NCBI GenBank assembly: GCA_038253225.1
Contig: JBBSHH010000002.1
Coordinates: 971-64,970, forward strand
Source of the DNA: Mycobacteriales bacterium
Lineage (GTDB): Bacteria; Actinomycetota; Actinomycetes; JALYNC01
DNA: 64,000 bases
Direction: 5' to 3'
Below the pieces are notes generated by a model. That model searched no databases. It saw only the letters and a program-made list of their open reading frames with translations, and was not told the origin of the DNA. Positions 10,922-21,299 of this stretch are shown here, piece by piece (position 1 is the first letter of the stretch; every line of letters begins with the position of its first letter). Both the position numbers and the translations under genes were made by a program.

Positions 10922-11511
10922 CGGCTGCCCGGCGGCCGGACCAACGCCTGCTGCAGCGCCGCGTCCGGCAGGGCCGGGCGGACCGGGGCGGGGCGGTAGC
11001 GGTCGCCGAGCGACTCGCGGCCGATCTTGTCCTGCAACCGCAGGATCCCGTGCAGCAGCGCCTCCGGCCGGGGTGGGCAGCCGGGCACGTAGACGTCGAC
11101 CGGGATGATCTGGTCGACGCCCTTCGTGACGCAGTAGCTGTCCCAGTAGGGACCGCCGCAGTTCGAGCAGGCGCCGAAGGAGATGACGTACTTGGGCTCC
11201 GGCATCTGCTCGTAGAGTCGGCGCACCGCCGGCGCCATCTTGTCGGTCACGGTGCCGGAGACCACCATCAGGTCGGCCTGACGCGGCCCGTGGGCGAACG
11301 GGATGACACCGAGGCGGATGAAGTCGTGGCGGGACATCGAACTGGCGATGAACTCGATCGCGCAGCAGGCCAGCCCGAAGTTGAACACCCAGAGGCTGTA
11401 CTTGCGGCCCCAGTTCAGCACGAAACGCATCGGCGCCGGAACCTCGGCCCCGAGCACACCGATGCCCTCCGCCGGCTCGGGCCGCCGACGGATCGTCGGG
11501 ATCAGGTCCAC
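10918..11511 (-). CDS. nuoB: Complex-I-like subunit NuoB2 (N2 cluster subunit)
   Basis: About 197 aa from GTG ([10 protein letters not shown]…), which overlaps the nuoA2 stop. The cysteine ligands of cluster N2 are retained ([29 protein letters not shown]). The 639-aa track ORF 10918..12837 is a read-through artefact. Confidence 0.85.
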   Translation of the reverse strand: MDLIPTIRRRPEPAEGIGVLGAEVPAPMRFVLNWGRKYSLWVFNFGLACCAIEFIASSMSRHDFIRLGVIPFAHGPRQADLMVVSGTVTDKMAPAVRRLYEQMPEPKYVISFGACSNCGGPYWDSYCVTKGVDQIIPVDVYVPGCPPRPEALLHGILRLQDKIGRESLGDRYRPAPVRPALPDAALQQALVRPPGSR

Positions 11512-11915
11512 GTCAGCACCTTCTTGCGCCAGGCGTAGAGCAACCCGACGGCCAGCAACCCCAGGAAGATCACCATCTCGACCAGCGGGGCCACCCCGAA
11601 CGCGGGCAGCGCGAACACCGTCGCCCACGGGAACAGGAACACCGCGTCGACGGCGAAGACGACGTAGAGGAAAGCGAAGACGTAGTAGCGGATCTGGCTC
11701 TGGGCCCAGCCGTCGCCGACCGGGTCGAGCCCGCACTCGTAGCTGGTGAGCTTCTCCGGGGTCCGCCGGTAGGGCCGCAGCAGCCGGTTCGCGGTGAAGG
11801 CGACGGTGACGAAGCCGATGCCGAGGAGCGCCAACAGGGCGAGCATCGCGTAGCTGGCGATGTAGCCGTCCAGATCGCCACCTCCCGCATCCTCGCGCGC
11901 ATCGTAGGCCGCCAC
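11502..11915 (-). CDS. nuoA: Complex-I-like subunit NuoA2
   Basis: 137 aa (or about 114 aa from the internal Met). It carries the NuoA motif …[40 protein letters not shown]…. Confidence 0.8.
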   Translation of the reverse strand: MAAYDAREDAGGGDLDGYIASYAMLALLALLGIGFVTVAFTANRLLRPYRRTPEKLTSYECGLDPVGDGWAQSQIRYYVFAFLYVVFAVDAVFLFPWATVFALPAFGVAPLVEMVIFLGLLAVGLLYAWRKKVLTWT

Positions 11916-12006
11916 CGCGGCTTCGGCCGGATTCCCAGGCCCATCGCGGCGTACGATAGGCGGTCGGCGTCACCCAGGACGGGGCGCGCCACAGGAGGCC
12001 TCCGGC

Positions 12007-13857
12007 GTGACCAAGCAGGTGCGGCAGCTCGACCGCGTGGTGATCCGCTTCGCCGGCGACTCCGGCGACGGGATGCAGCTCACCGGTGACCGGTTCACCG
12101 CCGAGACCGGCGCGTTCGGAAACGACCTGTCCACGTTGCCCGATTTCCCGGCCGAGATCCGCGCCCCGGCCGGCACCCTGCCGGGGGTGTCCGCGTTCCA
12201 GCTGCACTTCTCCGACCATGAGATCCTCACCCCGGGCGACGCGCCGGACGTGCTCGTGGCGATGAACCCGGCGGCGCTCAAGGCCAACGTCCGGGACCTG
12301 CGCAAGGGCGCCGACATCATCGTCAACACCGACGAGTTCACCAAGCGCAACCTCACCAAGGTCGGGTACGCCGCCAGCCCGCTCGACGACGGCTCGCTGG
12401 AGGAGTACCGGGTGCACCCGGTGGCGCTGACGTCGATGACGATCACCGCGTTGGCGGCGTACGACATCGGCAAGAAGGACGCCGGGCGGGCCAAGAACAT
12501 GTTCGCGCTCGGCCTGCTCTCCTGGCTGTACAACCGGCCGACCGAAGGGACGCTCGAGTTCCTCGCGAAGAAGTTCGCGAAGCAGCCGGAGATCGCCAAG
12601 GGCAACGTCGCGGCGTTCCAGGCCGGCTGGAGCTTCGGGGAGACCACCGAGTCGTTCTCGGTCAGCTACGAGGTCAAGCCGGCCGTGATGCGGCCCGGGA
12701 CCTACCGCAACGTCTCCGGGAACCTGGCCTTGGCCTACGGGCTGATCGCCGGCTCCCGGCTCAGCGGGCTGCCGTTGTTCCTCGGCTCGTACCCGATCAC
12801 CCCGGCGTCGGACATCCTGCACGAGCTGAGCCGGCACAAGCGGTTCGGGGTGCGGACCTTCCAGGCCGAGGACGAGATCGCCGGCATCGGCGCGGCCCTC
12901 GGGGCCGCCTTCGGTGGCGCGCTGGGGGTCACCACGACCAGCGGGCCCGGGGTGGCGCTGAAGTCCGAGACGATCGGCCTGGCGGTCTCGATCGAGCTGC
13001 CGCTGGTCATCTGCGACATCCAGCGTGGCGGTCCGTCCACCGGGCTGCCGACCAAGACCGAGCAGTCAGACCTGCTGCAGGTGATGTTCGGCCGCAACGG
13101 CGAGGCACCGGTGCCGATCGTGGCGCCGCGGTCGCCGGCGGACTGCTTCGACGCAGCGATCGAGGCGGTCCGGATCGCTACGAAGTACCGCACGCCGGTC
13201 TTCGTGCTCTCCGACGGCTACCTCGCCAACGGCTCCGAGCCGTGGCTGCTGCCGGACGTCGGCGGGCTGCCGGACCTGCGGGTCGAGTTCACCACCGCGC
13301 CCAACGGCCCGGACGGTGAGTTCCTGCCGTTCCGGCGCGACCCCGAGACGCTGGCCCGGCCGTGGGCGGTGCCCGGCACCCCGGGCCTGGAGCACCGGAT
13401 CGGCGGCCTGGAGAAGGCCGACGGCACCGGCAACATCTCCTACGACCCGGCCAACCACGACACGATGGTGCGGCTGCGCGCGGCGAAGATCGACGGCATC
13501 GCCCGCGACATCCCGCCGCTGGAGGTCGACGACCCGTCCGGGCGGGCCGGCGTGCTCGTCCTCGGGTGGGGATCGACGTACGGGCCGATCGGCGCGGCGG
13601 TGCGGCGGATCCGGGACGAGGGCGGCGCGGTCGCGCAGGCCCACCTGCGTCACCTGCACCCGTTCCCCACCAACACCGGCGAGGTGCTCCGGCGATACGA
13701 CCGGGTGCTCGTGCCGGAGATGAACCTGGGCCAGCTGGCGATGCTGCTGCGGGCCCGCTACCTCGTCGACGTCATCACCTACAACCAGGTCCGCGGGATG
13801 CCGTTCCAGGCAGCCGAGCTGGCCGGAGTGCTCCGGGACGTGATCGACAGTGACTGA
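12007..13857 (+). CDS. korA: 2-oxoglutarate:ferredoxin oxidoreductase alpha subunit (KorA, 2-oxoacid:acceptor oxidoreductase)
   Basis: 616 aa. GTG start with the SD sequence ACAGGAGG. The protein is KorA-typical along its whole length (…[38 protein letters not shown]…, [12 protein letters not shown]…). It is divergent from nuoA2, separated by a 91-bp gap. Confidence 0.9.
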   Translation: MTKQVRQLDRVVIRFAGDSGDGMQLTGDRFTAETGAFGNDLSTLPDFPAEIRAPAGTLPGVSAFQLHFSDHEILTPGDAPDVLVAMNPAALKANVRDLRKGADIIVNTDEFTKRNLTKVGYAASPLDDGSLEEYRVHPVALTSMTITALAAYDIGKKDAGRAKNMFALGLLSWLYNRPTEGTLEFLAKKFAKQPEIAKGNVAAFQAGWSFGETTESFSVSYEVKPAVMRPGTYRNVSGNLALAYGLIAGSRLSGLPLFLGSYPITPASDILHELSRHKRFGVRTFQAEDEIAGIGAALGAAFGGALGVTTTSGPGVALKSETIGLAVSIELPLVICDIQRGGPSTGLPTKTEQSDLLQVMFGRNGEAPVPIVAPRSPADCFDAAIEAVRIATKYRTPVFVLSDGYLANGSEPWLLPDVGGLPDLRVEFTTAPNGPDGEFLPFRRDPETLARPWAVPGTPGLEHRIGGLEKADGTGNISYDPANHDTMVRLRAAKIDGIARDIPPLEVDDPSGRAGVLVLGWGSTYGPIGAAVRRIRDEGGAVAQAHLRHLHPFPTNTGEVLRRYDRVLVPEMNLGQLAMLLRARYLVDVITYNQVRGMPFQAAELAGVLRDVIDSD

Positions 13858-14911
13858 CCCGCAGCTCCACCTCGGTGCCCTCGACCTGGTGCCGAAGTCC
13901 GGGGAGAAGCAGACCGCGAAGGACTTCAAGACCGACCAGGAGGTCCGCTGGTGCCCCGGCTGCGGGGACTACGCGATCCTGGCGGCGGTGCAGGGCTTCC
14001 TGCCCGAGCTGGGGCTGCGCCGGGAGAACATCGTGTTCGTCTCCGGCATCGGCTGCTCCTCGCGTTTCCCGTACTACATGAACACCTACGGGATGCACTC
14101 GATCCACGGTCGGGCGCCGGCGATCGCCACCGGGCTGGCCACCTCCCGCCCCGACCTGTCCGTGTGGGTGATCACCGGGGACGGCGACGGGCTCTCGATC
14201 GGCGGCAACCACCTCATCCACGCGCTGCGCCGGAACGTCAACCTCAAGATCCTGCTGTTCAACAACCGGATCTACGGGCTGACGAAGGGCCAGTACAGCC
14301 CCACCTCGGAGCTCGGGAAGGTCACCAAGTCGACGCCGCTGGGCTCGCTGGACTACCCGTTCAACCCGGTCTCGCTCGCACTCGGGGCGGAGGCGTCGTT
14401 CGTCGCCCGCACCGTCGACTCCGACCGGCGGCACCTCACCTCGGTGCTGCGGGCGGCCGCCGAGCACCGCGGCACCGCGTTCGTGGAGATCTACCAGAAC
14501 TGCAACATCTTCAACGACGGCGCGTTCGAGGCGATCAAGGACCCGGACACCCGCGAGGACGTGACGATCCGGCTCGAGCACGGCGAGCCGATCCGGTTCG
14601 GCCGGCCGGGCGCGGAGAAGGTGGTACGCCGGACCGCCGGGGGCGGCGTCGAGGTGGTCGACGGCACCGGTCCGGCGGCGGCCGAGGCCGTCGTCTTCGA
14701 CGCCCACGCCGCCGAGCCGATGCTGGCCTTCGCGCTGTCCCGACTGGCCGACGCCACCGGCGGCTACACCCCGATCGGGGTGTTCCGCGACGTCGTCCGA
14801 CCGGTGTACGACGACCTGATGCGCGAGCAGCTGGAGCGGGCCGAGGCGACCTCCGGCCCCGGCGAGCTCGCCGAGCTGCTCACCAGCGGCGACACCTGGC
14901 GCATCGGCTAG
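13850..14911 (+). CDS. korB: 2-oxoglutarate:ferredoxin oxidoreductase beta subunit (KorB, TPP-binding)
   Basis: 353 aa. It has the CPGCGDY motif, GIGCSSRFPYYMNTYGMHSIHGRAPAIATG, and the TPP motif GDGDGLSIGGNHL. It overlaps korA by 8 nt. Confidence 0.9.
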   Translation: MTDPQLHLGALDLVPKSGEKQTAKDFKTDQEVRWCPGCGDYAILAAVQGFLPELGLRRENIVFVSGIGCSSRFPYYMNTYGMHSIHGRAPAIATGLATSRPDLSVWVITGDGDGLSIGGNHLIHALRRNVNLKILLFNNRIYGLTKGQYSPTSELGKVTKSTPLGSLDYPFNPVSLALGAEASFVARTVDSDRRHLTSVLRAAAEHRGTAFVEIYQNCNIFNDGAFEAIKDPDTREDVTIRLEHGEPIRFGRPGAEKVVRRTAGGGVEVVDGTGPAAAEAVVFDAHAAEPMLAFALSRLADATGGYTPIGVFRDVVRPVYDDLMREQLERAEATSGPGELAELLTSGDTWRIG

Positions 14912-14924
14912 CCCGGCCGGCGGG

Positions 14925-15917
14925 TCAGCCGGTGCGGGCGACGACGAAGTCGCAGAGCGCCTCGAGCGCACCGCGGGCCGGTACGTCGGGCAGCGGCGCC
15001 AGCACCGAGCGGGCCTCCTCGGCCCAGGCCCGCAGCGCCCCCCGGGACCGCTCCATCGCCGGGTGTGCCCGCAGCAGCCGCAGCGCCTCGGCGTGCCGCC
15101 CGTCGTCGGTCAGGTCGCCCGCCAGCAGCTCCCGCAGCCGACCCGAGCCCGCGTCGTCGGCGGCCAGCGCGTAGAGCACCGGCAGCGTGCGGATCCCTTC
15201 GCGCAGGTCCGTGCCGGGGGTCTTGCCGGACTGGCCCGTCTCGCTGGCCACGTCGAGCAGGTCGTCGGAGAGCTGGAAGGCAACCCCGATCCGCTCGCCG
15301 TAGCGGGTGAGCACCTCCACCGCGGTCGGGTCGCCACCGGAGAGCAGCGCCCCGAGCCGGCCGGAGGTGGCGATCAGCGACCCGGTCTTCTCCGCCACCA
15401 CCTGCAGGTAGTGCGCGACCGCGTCGGCGCCCGGCGAGGGTCCCACGGTCTCCCGGATCTGCCCCTCGCACATCACCGCGATCGTGCGGGACAGGATCCG
15501 GGTCGCCTCGGTACCGAGGTCGGCGGTGATCTCCGACGCCCGGGCAAACAGGAAGTCCCCGGTCAGGATCGCGATCGTGTTGCTCCAGCGGGCGTTGGCC
15601 GACACGGCCCCGCGGCGTACGGCCGCCTCGTCCATCACGTCGTCGTGGTAGAGCGTCGAGAGGTGCGTCAGCTCGATCGCCGCCGCCGCCGGGACAACGC
15701 CCGGCGCGTGCGGGTCGGCGAGCGCCGCGGCAAGGAGCACCACCAGCGGCCGGAACCGCTTCCCGCCGGCGTCGACGAGGTGCCGGGAGGCCTCGGTGAC
15801 GAACGGGTAGTCGCTCTTCACCGACGAACGCAGCAGCGCCTCCACCGCGTCCAGCCCACCCCTGACGTCGGCCTCGAGGACCGGGTCGGTGAACGGGATG
15901 CCCAGCGAGGACGGCAC
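14925..15917 (-). CDS. Polyprenyl-diphosphate synthase (trans-isoprenyl diphosphate synthase, HepT/GrcC1-like)
   Basis: About 330 aa from GTG (VPSSLGIPF…), preceded by GGGAG and located 23 nt after the nuoN stop. It has FARM (LYHDDVMDE) and SARM (QLSDDLLD) motifs. The 859-aa track ORF 14925..17504 is a read-through artefact. Confidence 0.85.
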   Translation of the reverse strand: MPSSLGIPFTDPVLEADVRGGLDAVEALLRSSVKSDYPFVTEASRHLVDAGGKRFRPLVVLLAAALADPHAPGVVPAAAAIELTHLSTLYHDDVMDEAAVRRGAVSANARWSNTIAILTGDFLFARASEITADLGTEATRILSRTIAVMCEGQIRETVGPSPGADAVAHYLQVVAEKTGSLIATSGRLGALLSGGDPTAVEVLTRYGERIGVAFQLSDDLLDVASETGQSGKTPGTDLREGIRTLPVLYALAADDAGSGRLRELLAGDLTDDGRHAEALRLLRAHPAMERSRGALRAWAEEARSVLAPLPDVPARGALEALCDFVVARTG

Positions 15918-15940
15918 GGCGGCGGGCTCCCAGTCCTCGG

Positions 15941-17500
15941 TCAGCGGACGAACAGTGCGGCCCGCGAGGCCAGGTCGAGGACCGGTTGCGGGTAGACACC
16001 GAGCACCACCGTAACCGCCAACCCCAGCGCTAGCGCGGCAGATGTGAAGAACCCCGGTACGGCGACGGTCGGGCCGTCCGCCGCCGGGTCCTGGAAGAAC
16101 ATCAGCACGATCACGCGGACGTAGAAGAACGCGGCGATCGCGCTCGCGACCAGGCCGACGATGACCAGACCGGTCGCGCCACCCTGGATCGCGGCCACGA
16201 ACACCGCGTACTTGCCGGTGAAGCCGCTCGTCAACGGGATCCCGGCCAGCGCCAGCAGGAAGAACGCGAACGCGCCGGCGATCAGCGGCGAGCGCTTGCC
16301 CAGTCCCGCCCAGCGGGACAGATGGGTGGCCTCCCCGTCGGCGTCGCGCACCAGCGTGACGACCGCGAACGCACCGACGGTGGTGAAGCCGTACGCCAGC
16401 AGGTAGAACATCACCCCGGCCAGGCCCCGGTTGTTGGCCGCGACCACGCCGGTGAGCAGGAAGCCGGCGTGCGCGATCGAGGAGTAGGCGAGCATCCGCT
16501 TGACGTCGGTCTGGGTGATCGCGATGAGCGCGCCGACCCCCATGGTCAGGATCGCCACCCCCCACATCAGCGGCCGCCAGTCCCAACGCAGGCCGCCGAA
16601 CGCGACGAACATCACCCGCAGCAACGCGCCGAAGGCGGCGACCTTGGTGCAGGCCGCCATCAGCGCGGTGATCGGCGTGGGCGCCCCCTGGTAGACGTCC
16701 GGGGTCCAGGAGTGGAACGGCGCCGCGCCGATCTTGAACAGCAGCCCGACTCCGAGCAGCGCAAGCCCGAGGTAGAGCAGGGCGTCGCTGCGGCCCGGGG
16801 TGGTGGTGGCCGCGGCGATTCCGCTGATGTTGGTGGTGCCGGCGTAGCCGTAGAGCAGCGCCAGCCCGTAGAGGAAGAACCCGGAGGAGAACGCGCCCAG
16901 CAGGAAGTACTTGACCGCGGCCTCCTGCGAGAGCAGCCGCCGGCGACGGGCCAGCCCGCAGAGCAGGTACAGCGGCAGCGAGAGCACCTCGAGCGCGACG
17001 AACATCAGCAGCAGGTCGTTGCTGGCGGGGAACAGCAGCATGCCGCCGACGGCGAACAGCACCAGCGGGAAGACCTCGGTCTGGACGTGCCCGGATCGCA
17101 GCAGCTGGCGCTCGTGGCTCGACCCCGGCAACGCCGATGCCTGGGCGGTGAACGCCCCGCCGCCCGCGTCCGGTGACCGGTCCGCGAGCAGCAGCACGCT
17201 GGCGATCGCCAGCACCAGGATCGTGCCCTGGATGAACAGCGTCGGGCCGTCGACCGCGATCGCCGCGCTGGCGACCAGCCGGTCGGTCCGGCCGGCGAGC
17301 AGCGCGGTCGCCACCAGCGCGGCGGTGAGCCCGCCGAGGGCCACCGGCAGCTGCAGCGCCCAGCGCAACCGGGCCGGCGCGGCGGCCTCCACCAGCACCG
17401 CGGCGGTCGCGGCGCCGAACACGATGAGCATGGGCATGATCGCGCTGTAGGCGATCGAGGGCGCCACGATGTCGCCGGGCGCGGCGAGCACGGGGCTCAC
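15941..17500 (-). CDS. nuoN: NADH-quinone oxidoreductase subunit N
   Basis: 519 aa. The ATG start overlaps the nuoM stop (ATGA). It is NuoN-typical (…LYLGLALLGVGLLFKIGAAPFHSWTPDVYQGAPTPITALM…). Confidence 0.9.
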   Translation of the reverse strand: MSPVLAAPGDIVAPSIAYSAIMPMLIVFGAATAAVLVEAAAPARLRWALQLPVALGGLTAALVATALLAGRTDRLVASAAIAVDGPTLFIQGTILVLAIASVLLLADRSPDAGGGAFTAQASALPGSSHERQLLRSGHVQTEVFPLVLFAVGGMLLFPASNDLLLMFVALEVLSLPLYLLCGLARRRRLLSQEAAVKYFLLGAFSSGFFLYGLALLYGYAGTTNISGIAAATTTPGRSDALLYLGLALLGVGLLFKIGAAPFHSWTPDVYQGAPTPITALMAACTKVAAFGALLRVMFVAFGGLRWDWRPLMWGVAILTMGVGALIAITQTDVKRMLAYSSIAHAGFLLTGVVAANNRGLAGVMFYLLAYGFTTVGAFAVVTLVRDADGEATHLSRWAGLGKRSPLIAGAFAFFLLALAGIPLTSGFTGKYAVFVAAIQGGATGLVIVGLVASAIAAFFYVRVIVLMFFQDPAADGPTVAVPGFFTSAALALGLAVTVVLGVYPQPVLDLASRAALFVR

Positions 17501-19047
17501 TCACTTACCTCCGTTGCTGCCGGCGGGGGCGGCGGTGGCGGGATGGGTGGCCGCGGGTCGCTGTGCTCGACGTGGGCCAACGTGCGTTCGACCGACGGGG
17601 TGATGACGTCGAGCACCGGCTTGGGGTAGACCCCGAGCGCCACCACCAGCGCCAGCACCGGCGCGATGACGAACGCCTCCCGGGCGGAAAGGTCGCGTAG
17701 CCCGCGGTTCGCCTCGCTGAGCGGACCCTGCATGGTGCGCTGGTACATGATCAGGATGTACATCGCGGCCAGCACGATGCCGAGCGTGGCGAGGATCGCG
17801 AACACCCGGTAGCGGGTGAAGGTCCCGACCAGCACGAGGAACTCGCTGACGAAGCTGTTCAGGCCAGGCAGCGCCAGGCTGGACAGGCCGGCGACCAGGA
17901 ACGTGCCGGCCAGCACCGGAGCCGCCTTCCCGACGCCCTGGTAGTCCGCGATCAGCCGGGTCCGCCGTCGGGCCACCAGGAAACCGACGATGAGGAACAG
18001 CGCGCCGGTGGACAGGCCGTGGTTCACCATGTAGAGCACCGCCCCGGTGCCGCCCTGGGAGGTGAACGCGAACGTGCCGAGAGCGATGAAACCGAAGTGC
18101 GCCACCGACGTGTAGGACACCAGCCGTTTCATGTCTGTCTGGCCCATCGCCAGCAGCGCGCCGTAGAGGATGCCGATCACCGCGAGGGCCAGCACGTACG
18201 GCGCGAAGTCGCGGGCGGCGTCGGGGAACAGCGGCAGGCAGTAGCGCAGGAAGCCGAACGTGCCGACCTTGTCGAGCACGCCGACCAGCAGCACCGCGGC
18301 ACCGGTCGGCGCCTCCGCGCCCGCGTCCGGCAGCCAGGTGTGGAACGGGAACAGCGGCGCCTTGATCGCAAAGGCGATGAAGAAGCCGAGGAACAGCGCC
18401 TTCTGCACGCCGGGGGTGATGTCCAGGCCGACCAGGCGGGAGAACGCGAACGTGCCGGTGCCCTGCCCGGCGGAGACGACGTAGAGACCGATCACCGCGC
18501 CGAGCATGAGCAGGCCGCCGAGCAGGCTGTAGAGCAGGAACTTGACCGCCGCGTACTGGCGTTGCGGGCCGCCGTAGCTGCCGATCAGGAAGTACATCGG
18601 GATCAGCATCGCCTCGAAGAACACGTAGAACAGGAACACGTCGGTCGCGGCGAAGACCCCGACGAGCATCGTCTCGAGCACCAGCAGCAGCGCGAAGTAG
18701 GTCTTGACGCTGCGCCGGCCCTCCGCCGCCTCGTGCCAGGACGCCAGCACGACCACCGGCATGAGCACCGCGGTCAGCGCGATCAGCACCAGCGCGATGC
18801 CGTCCGCGCCGACGGCGTACTGCGCGCCGAACGCCGGGATCCACTCGTAGGCCTGGGCGAACTGGAACGCCGCGCCGCGCGGCTCGAACGCCGCGCACAT
18901 GGCGATGGTCAGCCCGAGCGTCACCAGCGTGACGGCCAGCGCCAGCGGTTTGGCCGCCTGCTCGCGGCGGGCCGGCAGCGCCATCGTGGCGACGGAGCCG
19001 ACGAGCGGCACGAGCCCGATGACGGTCAGCCAGGGGAAGTCGCTCAT
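17497..19047 (-). CDS. nuoM: NADH-quinone oxidoreductase subunit M
   Basis: 516 aa from ATG ([15 protein letters not shown]…), overlapping the nuoL stop (ATGA). Motifs [21 protein letters not shown] and [28 protein letters not shown] are present. The 1235-aa track ORF is an artefact. Confidence 0.9.
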   Translation of the reverse strand: MSDFPWLTVIGLVPLVGSVATMALPARREQAAKPLALAVTLVTLGLTIAMCAAFEPRGAAFQFAQAYEWIPAFGAQYAVGADGIALVLIALTAVLMPVVVLASWHEAAEGRRSVKTYFALLLVLETMLVGVFAATDVFLFYVFFEAMLIPMYFLIGSYGGPQRQYAAVKFLLYSLLGGLLMLGAVIGLYVVSAGQGTGTFAFSRLVGLDITPGVQKALFLGFFIAFAIKAPLFPFHTWLPDAGAEAPTGAAVLLVGVLDKVGTFGFLRYCLPLFPDAARDFAPYVLALAVIGILYGALLAMGQTDMKRLVSYTSVAHFGFIALGTFAFTSQGGTGAVLYMVNHGLSTGALFLIVGFLVARRRTRLIADYQGVGKAAPVLAGTFLVAGLSSLALPGLNSFVSEFLVLVGTFTRYRVFAILATLGIVLAAMYILIMYQRTMQGPLSEANRGLRDLSAREAFVIAPVLALVVALGVYPKPVLDVITPSVERTLAHVEHSDPRPPIPPPPPPPAATEVSE

Positions 19048-20987
19048 GCCACGGTCACCAGCAGCAGCGCGGCGAGCACCAGCGCCGCGCCGCCGAACAT
19101 CGCCAGCGCGTAGGAGCGCACGAACCCCGTCTGCGCCCGGCGGGCCCGGCCGGACGAGCCGCCCAGCAGCGCGGCCAGGCCGTTCACACCGCCGTCGATG
19201 CCGCGGTTGTCGACGTAGACCAGCGCGCGGGTGAGGTACTGCCCGGGCCGCATCAGGACCGACTCGTTGAACGCGTCGGCGTAGAGGTTGTTCCGGGCCG
19301 CCACCGTCACCGGCGTGACCGCGACCGGCGCCGTGGTGGGGATCGCCCGGCCGACGTACTGCCGGTACGCCGCCCCGACGCCGCCGACGACGACGAGCAG
19401 CGTCAGCAGGGTCAGCACGATCGGGGAGATCGTGTGGCTGCCGAGCTCCGGCGAGAGCCCGACCGAGGGTGCCAGCCAATCCCTGAGGTCGAAGACCTCC
19501 TTGAGCAGGAAGCCGGCGGCCACGGAGCCGGCCGCGAGGATGACCATGGGCACGGTCATCACCGCCGGTGACTCGTGCGGGTGGACCTCGGGTGTCCACC
19601 GGCGGTCGCCGAAGAACGTCATGATCACCAATCGGGTCATGTAGTACGCGGTGAGCCCGGCGCCGAGCAGGGCGACAGTGCCGAGGAGATAGCCGGAGGT
19701 GCCGCCCTTGTCGTAGGCGGTCTCGATGATGGCGTCCTTGGAGTAGAACCCGGACAGCGGCGGGAAGCCGATGATCGCGAGATAGCCGGCCATGAACGTC
19801 GCGAACGTCACCGGCATGACCGTGCGCAGGCCGCCGAAGCGGCGCATGTCCACCTGGTCGTTCATGCCGTGCATGACCGACCCGGCGCCGAGGAACATCG
19901 TCGCCTTGAAGAACCCGTGGGTGAGCAGGTGGAAGATCCCGACCGCGTAACCGGCCGGCCCGAGCCCGACGGCGAGGAACATGTAGCCGATCTGGCTGAC
20001 GGTGGAGTAGGCCAGCACCTTCTTGATGTCGTCGTACGCGCAGCCGATGACGCAGCCGATCAGCAGCGTGACCGCGCCGACGATCGCCACCACCGTGCGG
20101 CCGTCCTGGGTGACGTTGTAGATGGGGTTGGCCCGGGCGATCAGGTAGGCGCCAGCCGTGACCATCGTCGCGGCGTGGATCAGCGCCGAGACCGGCGTCG
20201 GGCCCTCCATCGCGTCGGGCAGCCAGGTCTGCAGCGGGAACTGTCCGGACTTCCCGCAGGCGCCGAGCAGCAGCAGCAGCGCCAGCGCGGTGGCGGTGCC
20301 GGTCGCCAACTGGCCGGCCGCCCCGAACACCCCGGCGAACGACGTGGTGCCGGTGGTCGCGAACATCAGCATGATCGCGAGGGACAGCCCGACATCGCCG
20401 ACCCGGTTGGCGATGAACGCCTTCTTGGCCGCGGTCGCCGCCGACGGCCGGTCGGCGTACCAGCCGATGAGCAGGTACGACGCGAGCCCGACCCCCTCCC
20501 AGCCGACGTAGAGCGCGAGGAAGCTGTTGCCGAGGATCAGCAGCAGCATCGCCGCGACAAAAAGGTTGAGGTAGGCGAAGAACCGCCGCCGGGCGGCGTC
20601 GTGCGCCATGTAACCGACCGAGTAGATGTGGATCAGCGAGCCGACGCCGGTGATGAGCAGCACGAACGTCATCGAGAGCGGGTCGAGCAGGAGCCCGGCC
20701 TCGACCTGGAAGCCGCGGACCGGGATCCAGCTGAACAGGTGCTGGTCGAAGTGCCGGCCGCTGGTGGTCCTCCCGACCAGCGCGAAGAACAGCACGACGC
20801 CGAGGACGAACGACGCGAGCGGTGCGGCCACGCCGAGCAGGTGGCCCCAGCGGTCGGTGCGGCGACCGCCGAGCAGCAGCACGGTGGCGCCGGCCAGCGG
20901 CAGCGCGATGAGCAGCCAGGTGTAGTCGAACACCCCGGTGGCGGCGTTGTACCGCACCGACTGGGCGGTCAGAACGCTGGAGGTCAC
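19044..20987 (-). CDS. nuoL: NADH-quinone oxidoreductase subunit L
   Basis: 647 aa. Motifs [43 protein letters not shown] and [16 protein letters not shown] are present. Confidence 0.92.
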   Translation of the reverse strand: MTSSVLTAQSVRYNAATGVFDYTWLLIALPLAGATVLLLGGRRTDRWGHLLGVAAPLASFVLGVVLFFALVGRTTSGRHFDQHLFSWIPVRGFQVEAGLLLDPLSMTFVLLITGVGSLIHIYSVGYMAHDAARRRFFAYLNLFVAAMLLLILGNSFLALYVGWEGVGLASYLLIGWYADRPSAATAAKKAFIANRVGDVGLSLAIMLMFATTGTTSFAGVFGAAGQLATGTATALALLLLLGACGKSGQFPLQTWLPDAMEGPTPVSALIHAATMVTAGAYLIARANPIYNVTQDGRTVVAIVGAVTLLIGCVIGCAYDDIKKVLAYSTVSQIGYMFLAVGLGPAGYAVGIFHLLTHGFFKATMFLGAGSVMHGMNDQVDMRRFGGLRTVMPVTFATFMAGYLAIIGFPPLSGFYSKDAIIETAYDKGGTSGYLLGTVALLGAGLTAYYMTRLVIMTFFGDRRWTPEVHPHESPAVMTVPMVILAAGSVAAGFLLKEVFDLRDWLAPSVGLSPELGSHTISPIVLTLLTLLVVVGGVGAAYRQYVGRAIPTTAPVAVTPVTVAARNNLYADAFNESVLMRPGQYLTRALVYVDNRGIDGGVNGLAALLGGSSGRARRAQTGFVRSYALAMFGGAALVLAALLLVTVA

Positions 20988-20999
20988 GGAGCTCCCCGG

Positions 21000-21299
21000 T
21001 CAGTACTTCAGCAGGTTGGCGTCGTCGACCGACGCGGAGCGCCGCGACCGGAAGATCGTCACGATGATCGCCAGGCCGACCACGACCTCGGCCGCGGCGA
21101 CGACCATGACGAAGAACGCGATGATCTGGCCGTCGAGCGTGCCGTTGATGCGGGCAAAGGAGACCAGGGTCAGGTTCACCGCGTTGAGCATGAGCTCGAC
21201 GCACATGAAGACCACGATCGCGTTACGGCGGATCAGCACACCGATCGCGCCGATCGTGAACAGCATCGCGGATAGGAACAGGTAGTTCGCCGGGTTCAC
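21000..21299 (-). CDS. nuoK: NADH-quinone oxidoreductase subunit K
   Basis: 99 aa: [48 protein letters not shown]…. Confidence 0.92.
   Translation of the reverse strand: MNPANYLFLSAMLFTIGAIGVLIRRNAIVVFMCVELMLNAVNLTLVSFARINGTLDGQIIAFFVMVVAAAEVVVGLAIIVTIFRSRRSASVDDANLLKY

Noticed and set aside
3011-11915. Possibility that the second cluster is a group-4 [NiFe] hydrogenase (Ech/Mbh/Hyf) or an Mrp antiporter rather than a nuo paralogue
   Set aside because: NuoA, NuoJ and NuoK homologues are present, which hydrogenase clusters lack. There is no NuoD-like [NiFe] large subunit and there are no hyp maturation genes. NuoB2 keeps N2 ligands. Mrp lacks NuoB/C/H/I.
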